64,000 nucleotides of DNA from Macrostomum lignano. Taxonomy: Eukaryota. The stretch's first letter is position 1. Each line of letters starts with the position of its first letter. This document shows, piece by piece, positions 25,700 through 45,360 of the stretch. The stretch lies in the NCBI GenBank assembly GCA_002269645.1, contig NIVC01001965.1, forward strand, positions 1 to 64,000. The letters are read 5' to 3'. The notes under the pieces are model-generated. The model saw nothing but the letters and a program-made list of their open reading frames with translations, was not told the DNA's origin and searched no databases. The position numbers and the translations under genes were made by a program.

Positions 25700-26720
25700 A
25701 GGAGGATGGGAGAGGAAGGAGAAGAGAAATATAGGAGGGAGGATAGAGGGGAGGGGGGAGGATAGCGGGGAGGGGGGATAGAGGGGGAGGATAGAGGGAA
25801 GGGGGGATAGAGGGGATGATAGAGGAGGGAGGATAGAGGGGGGGAAAGAGGGAGGATAGAGGGGAGGGTAGAGGGGAGGGGGGATAGAGGGGAGGATAGA
25901 GGGGAGGATAGAGGGGAGGATAGAAGGAAGGGGGGATAGAGGGATGATAGAGGGGGCAGGATAGAGGGATAGAGGGGGGGGAAAGAGGGAGGATAGAGGG
26001 GAGGATAGAGGGGAGGGGGATAGAGGGGAGGATAGAGGGGGATAGAGGGGAGGGTAGAGGGAAGGGGGATAGAGGGGAGGGTAGAGGGAGGGGGATAGAG
26101 GGGAGGATAGAGGGGAGGGGGATAGAGGGGAGGGGGATAGAGGGGAGGATAGAGGGATAGAGGGGAGGATAGAAGGGAGGGGGATAGAGGGGATGATAGA
26201 GGGGGGAGGATAGAGGGGATAGAGGGGGGAAAGAGGGAGGATAGAGGGGAGGATAAAGGGGAGGGGGATAGAGGGGAGGATAGAGGGGGATAGAGGGGAG
26301 GGTAGAGGGAAGGGGGATAGAGGGGAGGGGAGAGGGGGATAGAGGGGAGGATAGAGGGAGGGGGATAGAGGGGGGATAGAGGGGAGGATAGAGGGATAGA
26401 GGGGAGGATAGAAGGGAGGGGGATAGAGGGGATGATAGAGGGGGGAGGATAGAGGGGGGGAAAGAGGGAGGATAGAGGGGAGGGTAGAGGGGAGGGGGGA
26501 TAGAGGGGAGGATAAAGGGGAGGGGGATAGAGGGGAGGATAGAGGGGAGAGGGATAGAGGGGAGGATAGAGGGGAGGGGGGATAGAGGGGAGGATAGAGG
26601 GGAGAGGGATAGAGGGGAGGATAGAGGGGAGGGGGGATAGAGGGGAGGATAGAGGGGAGAGGGATAGAGGGGAGGGTAGAGGGGAGGGGGATAGAGGGGA
26701 GGGGGATAGACTAGATAGAG
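25700..26720. repeat. ~1-kb polypurine/polypyrimidine low-complexity tract, (GGGGAGG(G)ATAGA)n-like
   Basis: The + strand is almost only G and A apart from the T of ATAG. Lies just 3' of RPB3. Confidence 0.95.
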
Positions 26721-26864
26721 GTAAAACAGAGGGGAGACCAGGAGACAATATACTGAAGGTTGGATTTCTGAAACAGACTCAAAAAGGTAAATTCCGACCA
26801 GTCTCAGACTGAGAGCGGAACAAAAGCAGGTGGAATAGCATCGCCAGTCAAATGCAGGTGCAGG

Positions 26865-28811
<1,947 letters not shown>

Positions 28812-29333
28812 GGCGCAGCGGGCGAGCTCTGCTGCGGGACAGAGTTGAGCAACTCGGGACTGCGATAAAATACCCAAAAATATGTCTTGCCAAAAAACAT
28901 GTTTTCACCTCAAAACACATACATGCGCAATGAGGTTCTAGAGGGTAAAAACCAAAGGGGTAAGGTAGAGGTGGCTTTGTTTTTGCAAAAAGTTGCTTGG
29001 TTCCTTTCTGTTTTTTCAGGTTTCTATATAAGGGAGGGGCAACTACCCCATAGTTATATAACTATGTATATTAATGCATTGGGCATTTAAAAACATTAAT
29101 TGGTTATAAAAGGAAAATAAAGCCTTATGAATTATGCTTATAAAATAAGAAAACAAAATATTTAAATTGAATTGATGAAAATATTAAAATTTATAAATCT
29201 AGATATTAAGTGCTACTTATATATTTTATAACTACAACTTAATTGCATTTGACTTATATTATAACTATTGACTTCTTAGAAGACTAGCATAGATATTTTT
29301 TGTATTAGTTGTCACCATATAAGCTAGAATATA

Positions 29334-30111
29334 TGTCGTAGGGGTTACTTCTGCCTCTATTAATAATATCCCACTATTGCCACCAAAGTTGACGTAGGGC
29401 TTCGTCTCTCTATACAATTTCAACCGCTGACACCAAAGTTGTACCAGGGGTGTTCCTTCTTGTCAATATTGCTGGGTATTACTTGCTTTTTACTCGTAGC
29501 GCATGTACTTCTATTGGTAGCGTCTGTACTTCTATTGGTAGCGTATGTACTTTTACTGGTAGCGTCTGTACTTCTATTGTACTTTCGGGCCTGAGCGGTC
29601 TCTTAGGCACTGTCTATTCTATTCCTATACTCTAAAGATTCAGTCCTGGGCGTTCCCGGGATCAGAGGGTCACAGCGCACTTCGCTGGGTATTCTGCCCT
29701 GAGGCGGGTTTCTCAGACTCTGAGTCTGGACTTCTCTACCCTGTGGTAGGATTTCTGCCTTCTACAGGCGATTTCTCAGATTCTAGATCTGGTTGTCTCG
29801 TTCACTAAGAACGGGTTGAACTCTCTCAATTTTGAGGCTTCTGATGCTTTCTAAAATAACTAAGTCAGTGAGTATTGAGCAATATACTAGAACAGTTTTA
29901 GGCTTGAAGCCAACGAAGCACAAGTTGCTCTCCTTCTTATTCAGCTCGTGTATTTATACTCCTCTCGATTTGGTCTTTTAAACAAATAAAATTTCATAAT
30001 ATTTAAAATATTTACAATATTACTAATATTATACGTATTAAAACAAAATAGTCTAGTTTCAAATACACTATTTTCTAGGAAACGAACAATGCTAAAATAA
30101 GGCCTACCTCA
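29334..30111 (-). repeat. 3' LTR (778 bp)
   Basis: Direct repeat of 34195-34972, preceded on the - strand by the polypurine tract. Confidence 0.95.
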
Positions 30112-30264
30112 ACTGCCTTCCCTAAGACAATATTTATGAACAAAAATTTACAAAAATTTGACGTGAGTAAAATTGTCAACATGTAAGTAAAATATTTAAG
30201 CAGTACACAAAATGATAAATTGATATTTTCAAGGCAAAAGTAAGTATGTCAAGCAGTACACTAA

Positions 30265-31483
<1,219 letters not shown>

Positions 31484-31863
31484 TAGAATTTCTAGCGGTT
31501 TGACTCTTGGCTTAGCAAGGTGTGATTGACGGGTCTGAGGAGCCTCAGGGGTTTTGTTTATATATTCGGAAAACTGGACCGCATCTTCGTGTTCGCTCTC
31601 GGGGAGGGGTCTGAGCTTCACTTTTGACACTTTGGTTCCGTGGGGAACTTCGATTCGATTTTTACATGCATATAACTTTCTTAATATAATGTTGAGCAAT
31701 ATACCATTTTATAGATAATTATTTACAGATTAATTTGATGTTTTTGTATTTTTTGTAGCTTTTATAGTTTTTATTTTATTGAGCTTTTTGTAGAGTCTAT
31801 TTACAAATGGAAACATTTTTACACTGATTCTAATGGGGTTTTGGTTCGCTGATTACGTCATCT

Positions 31864-32285
31864 TTACTTTCGATAGTGAGAATAGCGCCTCCGGGGAACA
31901 AAGCCTGTGGTGACTAAGCTCTCTCTCCGGGGTCTCAGATTATAGCTATGCCTTTGTTCGGCCCTCTCGTTCTCACTTCTATCTTGATTTGGCTCTGATG
32001 TGTCACCTATTTCGACTGGCTCGGTTCTCTCACTGTCTAATGATTCATGCTCAAACTCTTCTTCATTCTGCTCAATTCCTTCCTCATTTGGCTCGTTCTG
32101 TTCGATTTCTCGCACTCTCCATTGAATTCTCTCTTCTTCTGAGCTATTGTCTAAAATTATTGGTTCCAAATGGTTATTCTTATCGATCGGCTGATGTCGT
32201 TGCCTTCCCTTACTTTTCGGCTCTCTCTTTTTCTGTTGCTCTCGCTGCCTTCCCCTATTTGTAGGTTCCGTCTCTTTATTTGGTA
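31864..32285 (-). pseudogene. ATG-less acidic ORF, possible residual C-terminal tail of pol/integrase
   Basis: About 140 open codons, E/N-rich, with HSYNLRPR near the end. This resembles the low-complexity YNLR-type tails downstream of Gypsy integrases (inference). Confidence 0.35.
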
Positions 32286-33490
32286 AGTTGGTTTAAATTT
32301 TTCGAACATCTACCTTCCGAAATTACACTGCTCTTAGGATCAGGCTGAAATTTGGCTGCCAATGGGCTACCTTGCTTTCACCATAAGGCAGAGTACTCTT
32401 TCAGTAGTTCCATCTATCAAATTTCTCTTTCAGCTTTCAAGATCCTTGAGAGAGGACTTTAAATGATTAAATCATGCCTTTCTAAGCGGGATCAAGAAAT
32501 TTCATTCTTGGCTTTCTCAATTTAATTGGATTATCTCTCTTTCTAAAAGAGGACTTTTAAATTATCTCTGACAATTTCTCACTTCGACTTTCTCTCATTT
32601 CTACTCAGTAGTGGCACACAACGTTTTCTAGCTGCTAATTTCTTGATGCGGAATTTCCTCGTTTACGTCTTTTCACCAATTTCTCACGATTTTCAACATG
32701 CTCTACTTAGTTCGGTCACTCAGTAGTGCCTTTGACATTTTCGAGCTTCTATCTACACAGTCTTCTCAAATTCTGCTCTATTTTTGTTCTTCACAGTCTA
32801 TCGCATCCTTTTAGAAAGCAATGAAGTCTTTATCTAAAGAGGGACACACGAAGATAGCTGATCAGATTTTCTCAATTTTCTCATCAAATTCTCAACTCTT
32901 CTCCAAATTCTCTTCTTCAAATTCTCTTCTCGTCTCAATATCTCCTGAATTCTTCTCTTGAATTCACTTCTACAACTTCAACAGCTTCTATCGCTCCTTC
33001 TTAAGTGTCTATCAGCGTTTCGAGGGTGCGGCTAGGCTTTCCCTAGTCTACCTCTGCTTCTAGTACACTTGCTTTGATTTTACTTCTCGTCTCAATTCTC
33101 TTCAAAACTTCTCAACTTCGCAACTCTTATCTCGCTTCTATTCCTGTTTGTAAGAGTTTATTCTCAATTATTTCTTTCCGCAGAGCCTTTTATTAATACT
33201 CTGGAAGGACTTTGGCTAATTAGTTATGCTTCCTATCTTCTGAGCAACTTCACTATCCCAAATTAAGCCTATATCTGAATTTTAGTAAAACGGCCCTTCT
33301 AAGGGTTAATTTGCAAAACGGCCCCTTTGAGGGCTCTAATAAGCAATTAAGTGCATTTTATACGTTATATAGTGCTAATTCAAACATTTTTATTTTCTTT
33401 TTCGAAGCTTTTTATAAATTTTTATATTTTTATGGATACTATGTACACTTTTCTGAGCTTTAACTGAATCGTGCTTTACAGACTCAACTC

Positions 33491-34078
33491 TCATCCTTTC
33501 TCCTGGGCTCGCTGTCTGGCTTCTCCCAAGTTAATTCTGCATCTGTGGCCTGCCTGTGGTCTTATCGAACCTGGCTGCCCACAGAAGAAGCAATGGCCGG
33601 GTTTTGGCTCAGGTCTGGCGCCACTAAATCGGTGCCTGAACTGGGGACGCGGCTTTGGCATTGGCTGGGACTGCTGCTGCCGTTCCGGGTTTGAGTTCAC
33701 GTTGATACTAGTGAAGATAGTTATCAAGGTGACCAAGCACTCCACTAGGGCTTCAGTTCCTCCTTTCTGGTTCTGCTGTTTTGGCTTAAACTCCTCAATG
33801 ATCTGCCTCCTAATCTCCTGATAATGCTGCTGATCTTTCCTATGGCTCATCCTCCGCTTCAGTCCTTCTGGAATGTCCAGATTGGCGAAGAGGGCTTCCT
33901 TCCGCTTTTCTTCGTTAAATCCTTGCATCCTGCATTGCTGCTCGAATGCGTTGAGCCACTGCCTGATGTTCTTGTCAGACGTGTACTTTTCTACTTCTAC
34001 CTGCTTCAGTGATCCTAGTTCTACCCTGTTTCTTAGCTCTTCGGCTAGCATCGCAATCGCATCATTTGCATTGGCCAT
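33491..34078 (-). CDS. Short Gag-like protein (195 aa) with a degenerate zinc knuckle
   Basis: First long ORF after the PBS. IRQWLNAFEQQCRMQGFNEEKRKEALFANL and YQEIRRQIIEEFKP resemble Ty3/Gypsy capsid helices. CFFCGQPGSIRPQA is a CCHC knuckle lacking the canonical His and last Cys. Confidence 0.7.
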   Translation of the reverse strand: MANANDAIAMLAEELRNRVELGSLKQVEVEKYTSDKNIRQWLNAFEQQCRMQGFNEEKRKEALFANLDIPEGLKRRMSHRKDQQHYQEIRRQIIEEFKPKQQNQKGGTEALVECLVTLITIFTSINVNSNPERQQQSQPMPKPRPQFRHRFSGARPEPKPGHCFFCGQPGSIRPQAGHRCRINLGEARQRAQEKG

Positions 34079-34171
34079 CTCTGATCTTGTCAGGTTCTGC
34101 TATTTCTCTAGTCTTCTAACCGTTTCTCTAATTCTGGCCATTTCTCTGATCTAATTCTCGCCGTTTCTCTG

Positions 34172-34189
34172 ATCCCACCGCTGCCACCA
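34172..34189 (-). other. Primer-binding site complementary to the tRNA-Leu 3' end
   Basis: TGGTGGCAGCGGTGGGAT is the reverse complement of ATCCCACCGCTGCCACCA, the 3' end of eukaryotic tRNA-Leu(AAG/TAG) including CCA. It starts 5 nt after the 5' LTR. Confidence 0.9.
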
Positions 34190-34194
34190 AAAGT

Positions 34195-34972
34195 TGTCGT
34201 AGGGGTTACTTCTGCCTCTATTAATAATATCCCACTATTGCCACCAAAGTTGACGTAGGGCTTCGTCTCTCTATACAATTTCAACCGCTGACACCAAAGT
34301 TGTACCAGGGGTGTTCCTTCTTGTCAATATTGCTGGGTATTACTTGCTTTTTACTCGTAGTGCATGTACTTCTATTGGTAGCGTCTGTACTTCTATTGGT
34401 AGCGTATGTACTTTTACTGGTAGCGTCTGTACTTCTATTGTACTTTCGGGCCTGAGCGGTCTCTTAGGCACTGTCTATTCTATTCCTATACTCTAAAGAT
34501 TCAGTCCTGGGCGTTCCCGGGATCAGAGGGTCACAGCGCACTTTGCTGGGTATTCTGCCCTGAGGCGGGTTTCTCAGACTCTGAGTCTGGACTTCTCTAC
34601 CCTGTGGTAGGATTTCTGCCTTCTACAGGCGATTTCTCAGATTCTAGATCTGGTTGTCTCGTTCACTAAGAACGGGTTGAACTCTCTCAATTTTGAGGCT
34701 TCTGATGCTTTCTAAAATAACTAAGTCAGTGAGTATTGAGCAATATACTAGAACAGTTTTAGGCTTGAAGCCAACGAAGCACAAGTTGCTCTCCTTCTTA
34801 TTCAGCTCGTGTATTTATACTCCTCTCGATTTGGTCTTTTAAACAAATAAAATTTCATAATATTTAAAATATTTATAATATTACTAATATTATACGTATT
34901 AAAACAAAATAGTCTAGTTTCAAATACACTATTTTCTAGGAAACAAACAATGCTAAAATAAGGCCTACCTCA
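34195..34972 (-). repeat. 5' LTR (778 bp)
   Basis: Direct repeat of 29334-30111, followed on the - strand by the PBS. Confidence 0.95.
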
Positions 34973-37097
34973 TATACATGCACAATTTCTGGCCAACCTA
35001 GCTGATCTGGTCACTATAAATTATGATGGTCTAGTGATAGTCATAAAAATGCCCACCTAAAATAATATAAATATAGCATTAATTGCATGATGAGGCATTT
35101 AGCCTTAATAATGAATTAAATAAATTATATAATGGAAATATAAATCTTAACAAAATAACTACAACCAAATATTATGAAATGTCTCTTATCACTAAAATGA
35201 CAATACTCATGAAATCTTTGATTTTTCATTGAAAACGAAGTGTGTCTATCACAATAGCAACTTGTGACCAAAAATTAAAATGACTATTTGTCACCAAAAT
35301 GACTATTTGTCACCGAAATGACTGGTACCCTTAATAAGACAATCATAGTTAAGCCTACTCCTGGCAGTTATCCAAAATTGCATTAATTTTGTGCTTTTTT
35401 AGGGTTTTTTTTCAATTTTCACAAGTAAGTTGCATGGCCAGTGTAAATCAAGGCAAGGGGGTTGTGCATATATAAGTTAGAAGAAACCATTAGCTAGGCC
35501 TAAGAGTAGTAAACTTTGTTAGCATAGGGCCTAACCATTGCTCTAAGCAGTTGGCAACTTAGCATCAGGTTCAACCTTTTTATTTTGTAACAGGAAAGAT
35601 ATTAGGCTACCTTATTAGCCTATTATTAGGCCTAATTCTAACTAATATAATAGGCATATTGAAAATCTCATCTTAGGCCTAATATTAATTTAAGTTTTTA
35701 AATAAATGCCAAACTTATAAACATTTAGTATAATTTCAAATCCAAAATCAAACTTGTAGGCCTAAATTTATGCTTATTTACAGCTAGCTAGGCAAAAAAC
35801 CTAGGCTTACCACTTACAGTTACACCTATATCTGACAAAAAGAAAATGATAAATATGACACTAGTTACTACTAGTAGTTATTGTAGCAACAATGTATTTA
35901 TTGATTCATTAGGCCTATATACCCATGTATATTTATTTCATAACTATGATGTCTATGAGTACGATGAGGCCACAAGAGGAACTAGACGTTTGTAGTAAAT
36001 TGCAGCGACGTGAAGTAGTAGTAGTAAATTTGCTCAGGCCAGTAAGAACTATATATTTGAGATATTTTTGAGACGAAAGTTTATTTAGATGTGGATTTAA
36101 ATTCAGCCCCGGCTTTACGCTTTACAATATGTTAAACAAACAATCTTATAATCCTAGTTAAATAATCTGGTATAAAAGTCGTTTTATAAAAAAGTAATAT
36201 AAATGTATTTTATGCTTAAATTATCTATAAACTTTTTACAACAAATTTCTGTCTTTCCATCGATTTTGATTTTGATTTTTTGTAAGAAAGCAAGTGTAAA
36301 TATTCCGCCCTTGGGGTAGAATAAATGCTGATATATGACTTTAATCTGTTTATTTTATTATTAATCTGTTGTTTAAAATGTAAAGAAGCTAGCAAAACTG
36401 ACACTATAGTATCATTTACTTCTTATAGATATTGTAGACCTGCATAATGTCTAAAATAAATATTAATTGCTAACTTACAATTTACATTAGTATAATGTAG
36501 ATTATATAGCTTAGATATGTAACTTCGAAAGTCTGTGGTAGTATTATATTTGTAGGATTTAATTTTAAGTGCTATTAGTTTGTTTTGATATAAACTGTAG
36601 ACATTTAAATTATATGTAAGCTTAGTTAAAATAAATGAACTATATATGGTACTAAATTGATTTGAAATGCCTAATTTGGCTTCTAGTTTGTTTTTATGTT
36701 TTACTACTACATACTAGCTAGTTTCTTTTGGGAAATGATACTTTTTATTTTTTTAATTATTTTTAGTACAATATAGGCTTCTATATTCTTAAATAAAGCA
36801 TATCATTTTTAAAGGATTATAAAAAGCATAGTTTTTTGAGGTTCTAATATGAATAGATTTATATGTTATTGTTTTGTTACCATATTTATTATCTTTATAA
36901 ACTATGAGCTTTCTAGATGCTCTCTTAAGTTATTTTTCATAATATTTAGCAATATCAACTTTATGTATAATCATAGTTTATATATACATTATAATAAGCT
37001 ACAAAACTGAAAATACAATTATCAAATCTATCTTGAACTTAAATTAATTTACTTGCATGCTTCCAGAAGATAGAAAGTCATATTTTATAAAGGCTAA

Positions 37098-40859
<3,762 letters not shown>

Positions 40860-41134
40860 CCCGTCTCTGGTTGGGGCATTGTTGGGAAACTATTTTATAA
40901 GAGGGCCGATTCACTTAAGCACATGTAACTTCTCAACTAGACTTTGATCTTGAGTATAGTTTGCCCGTTGAAAATGGTACCTAAGCCAAGAAACGCCCCA
41001 GAGTCGTTGCAGGTAACACAGGTAAAATGGGAAAGAAGTGACTCTAAACGCGGAGATGTCACGGCACAAGTAGTCAAAGAGTCGCCTAAGAGTCAATTTG
41101 AAGCGTTTTTTTGTCTGCGACTCAGGACTACTCT

Positions 41135-42300
41135 GGGGACTCTATAGTGACCCTGGGGCGCTTCTATAGTGACCCTGGGGCGCTTCTATAGTGACTCTGG
41201 GGCGCTTCTATAATGACTCTGGGGCGCTTCTATAGTGACCCTGGGCGCTTCTATAGTGACTCTGGGGCGCTTCTATAGTGACCCTGGGGCGCTTCTATAG
41301 TGACCCTGGGGCGCTTCTATAGTGACCCTGGGGCGCTTCTATAGTGACTCTGGGGCGCTTCTATAGTGACTCTGGGGCGCTTCTATAGTGACTCTGGGGC
41401 GCTTCTATAGTGACTCTGGGGCGCTTCCATAGTGACTCTGGGGCGCTTCTATAGTGACTCTGGGGCGCTTCTATAGTGACTCTGGGGCGCTTCTATAATG
41501 ACTCTGGGGCGCTTCCATAGTGACTCTGGGGCGCTTCTATAGTGACTCTGGGGCGCTTCTATAGTGACTCTGGGGCGCTTCTATAGTGACTCTGGGCGCT
41601 TCCATAGTGACTCTGGGGCGCTTCTATAGTGACTCTGGGGCGCTTCTATAATGACTCTGGGGCGCTTCTATAGTGACTCTGGGGCGCTTCTATAGTGACT
41701 CTGGGGCGCTTCTATAGTGACTCTGGGGCGCTTCTGTAGTGACTCTGGGGCGCTTCTATAGTGACTCTGGGGCGCTTCTATAGTGACTCTGGGGCGCTTC
41801 TATAATGACTCTGGGGCGCTTCCATAGTGACTCTGGGGCGCTTCTATAGTGACTCTGGGGCGCTTCTATAGTGACTTTGGGGCGCTTCCATAGTGACTCT
41901 GGGGCGCTTCTATAGTGACTCTGGGGCGCTTCTATAGTGACTCTGGGGCGCTTCTATAGTGACTCTGGGGCGCTTCCATAGTGACTCTGGGGCGCTTCTA
42001 TAGTGACTCTGGGGCGCTTCTATAGTGACTCTGGGGCGCTTCTATAGTGACTCTGGGGCGCTTCCATAGTGACTCTGGGGCGCTTCTATAGTGACTCTGG
42101 GGCGCTTCTATAGTGACTTTGGGGCGCTTCTATAGTGACTCTGGGGCGCTTCTATAGTGACTCTGGGGCGCTTCCATAGTGACTCTGGGGCGCTTCTATA
42201 GTGACTCTGGGGCGCTTCCATAGTGACTCTGGGGCGCTTCTATAGTGACTCTGGGGCGCTTCTATAGTGACTTTGGGGCGCTTCTATAGTGACTCTGGGA
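41135..42300. repeat. 22-bp minisatellite CTATAGTGACTCTGGGGCGCTT
   Basis: About 52 near-perfect copies, intergenic. Confidence 0.97.
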
Positions 42301-43421
42301 CCGCAGAGTCGTATCTGAGGCGTGCTTGAGTCGCTGTAGAATCGCTGATTTGCTTTAAAAAGCCACAAGAGTCGCCCCATAGTCGCTAGAGTCACTGGTG
42401 AGCTGTTTGCAATCACTCTTAAGCTATTCTTGTCACGGCGACGCTTTCAATGGATCGGGTTCATGGGACTGAATCCTCAAGCGGATTTTTCATTTCCACC
42501 CTTTGCTCCCCTCGCAGCGCAGGTGGTTTCTGCAGTACATTAAAATTTTTGAGAACACTTCTAGCTACTTTACTGTAAGTAGTGCAATGCGTCCGCTGCA
42601 ACTGCTAGGCTTCTTTATTGAGATTTTCCGGATGGAAGTTCTGTAACGGAAGGATTTCTTCTGAAATTTGGGGAAAAAATCTTCAGATACAAAATGTACT
42701 TTTGTACACGTAAATTTTTTACCCTCTGGACTTGAGTTGACTTTGGCTGTTGTGTTTTGAAGAAATCTTGAGACTCTCAGACTGAATTTGTGTGTACAGC
42801 TCCCACCATTCGCACCGTCCCTCATCGTCCCCTTCACCCTACACCCGGCACTCTTTGTTCCTGTCTTTGACCCTTCGTTTTTTGCTTATAATCGTCTTTC
42901 GTTTTGTCGAAAATCTGCTTCGGTGTTTCTGTGCATCATCAAGGCTTTAGCGAACTCGCGCAACTGAGCTGATTTTATCTCACACTTGGAGTTTGCAAAG
43001 ATGAGGAGACGTCAGCAGGTATTTCACCGCAGGTATTTTACACTAGCCAGCCTTGATGATTGACAGATAAACAGTGATCAGTTTGTTGCATCAAATGAAT
43101 ATCCTTTTTATCGTTTATCGTACATGTAAAGTGTTCACGCCCCAGCTTTGACTAAAAGTACCCCCAGTGAAGAGTCATTTTGTAAATATATCAAAACACA
43201 GGCGCAGTTTCCAACTCCGGATTTACTCAACTTCTTGTCAGATTCGTTTTTTTGCCTCATCAAATATTTAAATCCAACAGCTAATCTTGCCTGCTGTGGT
43301 CCTTTCCCGCGTTGTTTATTTACTCGTATTTATCTCCGCGCGCGTGCCGGTCAGGTGAAAACCGCCCCATCTCTAGTCTAGTAGCCATCTCATGACCTTC
43401 AATATAATTGTTCCAACAGCA

Positions 43422-45360
43422 TCAAATCCTGTCGCGAAATCCGAGAGCACAGATGCAGAGCGCCGCGATGGCGATTCGGGCGCTCGGCTGCTCAGCTGCA
43501 TTCGCCGCAATGCTGGCACTCTCTGCCTTCTCTGTCGGGCAGCTTTCGAACCGAGCGTCGCTTGCTGACGTCGCCAGAAAGTCCTGCAGCAGCTGCAGCC
43601 CGATCTCCGGCCGGTCCGTCGCCACGGAGTGTCCGGCGCCAATCACCGTCCGGTACTTGATTCGGCCGCCAAGGTAGGACCTCTGGACGCCTCCGATCTG
43701 CAGTCCGTAGCCCGGCTCATTCAGACAGTACAGCCAGACGTCCTGGCTGCTCAATGGGTCCGGATCTGGTGGTAGCCGCTCCAGCAGCTGCTGTGTGATC
43801 CCCACCGGAAACAGGTAGTCCAGGGCTCCGTGGTACAGCAGCACCAAGACGCTGTGGTTCGCCATGCGAACAAAGTCTTCGAGAACGTCTCGTTTGAGTT
43901 GCTTGTAGGCATGGAAGACGCTTTTGTGGCAAATTGAGTACTCTCTGGCGACAGTGTCATTCAGGCCGAGGGCCGCCTGAGCTGCCTTGTCATTCAGGTA
44001 GCTGACGAGTGCAGTCGAGTTGAGACACGGGTAGCCGCTGACGTCTTCTTCATAGTAGCAGGGCTGCACGATGTTGTAGGGTTCAGTGTCCGCATGCTGT
44101 TGTTCTGCGGATGGATTATGAGATATGATATTTTGTGATCCGAATAAACTCGGCAACGGCTAATCACTCCCATTAACTGACGCTGTCACGCGGCAAAAAG
44201 TTAAGCAATTGATGTCTTTAATGCTACTTTTAGTAGCTCATCGTGTGTAGGAACCACGAGCATGCAAAAGTACCATCGCTCGTCCCGGCATCCTGATCAC
44301 CAGCCGGACGGAGTTGATGAACTCTTGGGGCAGTCGCTGCTGTCAGGCATTCAGAACCGCCAGTCGTAACTGTTCAGCATTGTGCGGGACGGGACTTCCT
44401 GCTGAACTCTTTGCCCCAAAAGTCCCAAACATGCTCGATGGGGTTCGTGTCTGGAGACTGAATATGCGCAACAACCCCTCCCTAGTTCCCGTCTGGCGGC
44501 GGTGTGCAACTGTACGACAGGGTGGGGTGCGATATGACGTGAACCAGGTAAACGTACGTTAGCGAAAACTGGAGAGGTGGGGCTGTCTGGGAAGGTTGGG
44601 GCGAGGCACGACGAAATGACGCGGCAGCACAACATACCTGCACTTTCACGCTGTAAATCTTTGTGCGCCCGAGGCTGGCACCCAGGGCGTCAGTCAGCGC
44701 CCTGCGAGAAGCCTCAAATGCTGACCGATCAAAGGGCACGTGCAGGCCGTTGCCCACGGCGATGCCCTTCAGGTTGATGAGGCCGGGACGGTGCCCGCCC
44801 TCGATGATGGCGCTGGCCAGCAGCGGGATGTAGATCCCCGCGTAGCTCTCTCCCGCGATGTAGAAGGCCCGGCCTCGGTACTCGGGGAACAGGCTGTAGA
44901 AGTGGAGCAGCGCTCCCAGGTTCAGCCGCGTGGTCGCGTTATCGTTGAGCTCGGTCGGGTCGGTGGGTCCGGGCTCGCTCAGGCCGACACCGCTGGGCGA
45001 GTCGATGTACAGCACGTTGGCCAGCCGGTTCCACGCGAAGTCGTTGCGCTCCAGCTCGGCGCGGTCGTTCGCCAGGAACGGCCCGTTCGTCATGAGCAGG
45101 CCACCGACCGAGGAGCAGCCGGGACCGCCGTTCATCCACAGCACGAGCGGAGCCGTCGCGGCGTCCACGTGGGAGCTCTCGACCAGCCAGTAGAAGAGGC
45201 GCCGGCTGCCGCCGCTGCCGCTGCTGGAGGTCAGGTAGCCCGAGTACTGGGTGAAGTTCGGGCGGAACAGCAGCCGCGGCAGCTCCTCGACGCGGCGTCT
45301 CTGGCACTCGGCGAGCGCGCAGCAGCAGAGGCAGAGCGCCAGGCTCAGAACGGGCCGCAT
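43422..45360 (-). CDS. Serine carboxypeptidase, family S10 (copy A). Exons 45360-44638 and ~44094-43422; 1-nt frameshift near 44075
   Basis: Signal peptide, QYSGYL, LFYWLVES, LVLWMNGGPGCSS, NVLYIDSPSGVG, nucleophile motif [29 protein letters not shown] (Asp), TVIGAGHSVATDRP (His), hydrophobic C-terminus. Confidence 0.88.
44238..44630 (-). mobile_element. Decayed Tc1/mariner transposase C-terminus in the intron of carboxypeptidase A
   Basis: Across frameshifts it reads SPDTNPIEHVWD..GQRVQQ...PHNAEQLRLAVLNA*QQ.LPQEFINS...MPGR...HARGSYTR*. This matches the Tc1 SPDLNPIEHLW...W..IPQE.I..LI.SMPRR...A.GG.T.Y tail. Confidence 0.75.

Noticed and set aside
25627-26748. 373-aa proline-rich 'extensin-like' ORF (PPLYPP)
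   Set aside because: It is the translation of the polypyrimidine strand of a low-complexity tract, with no unique flanking coding sequence or signal peptide.
41135-42300. Regular 22-bp array (and others) as possible CRISPR arrays
   Set aside because: The units are contiguous with no unique spacers, there are no cas genes, and the context is eukaryotic.
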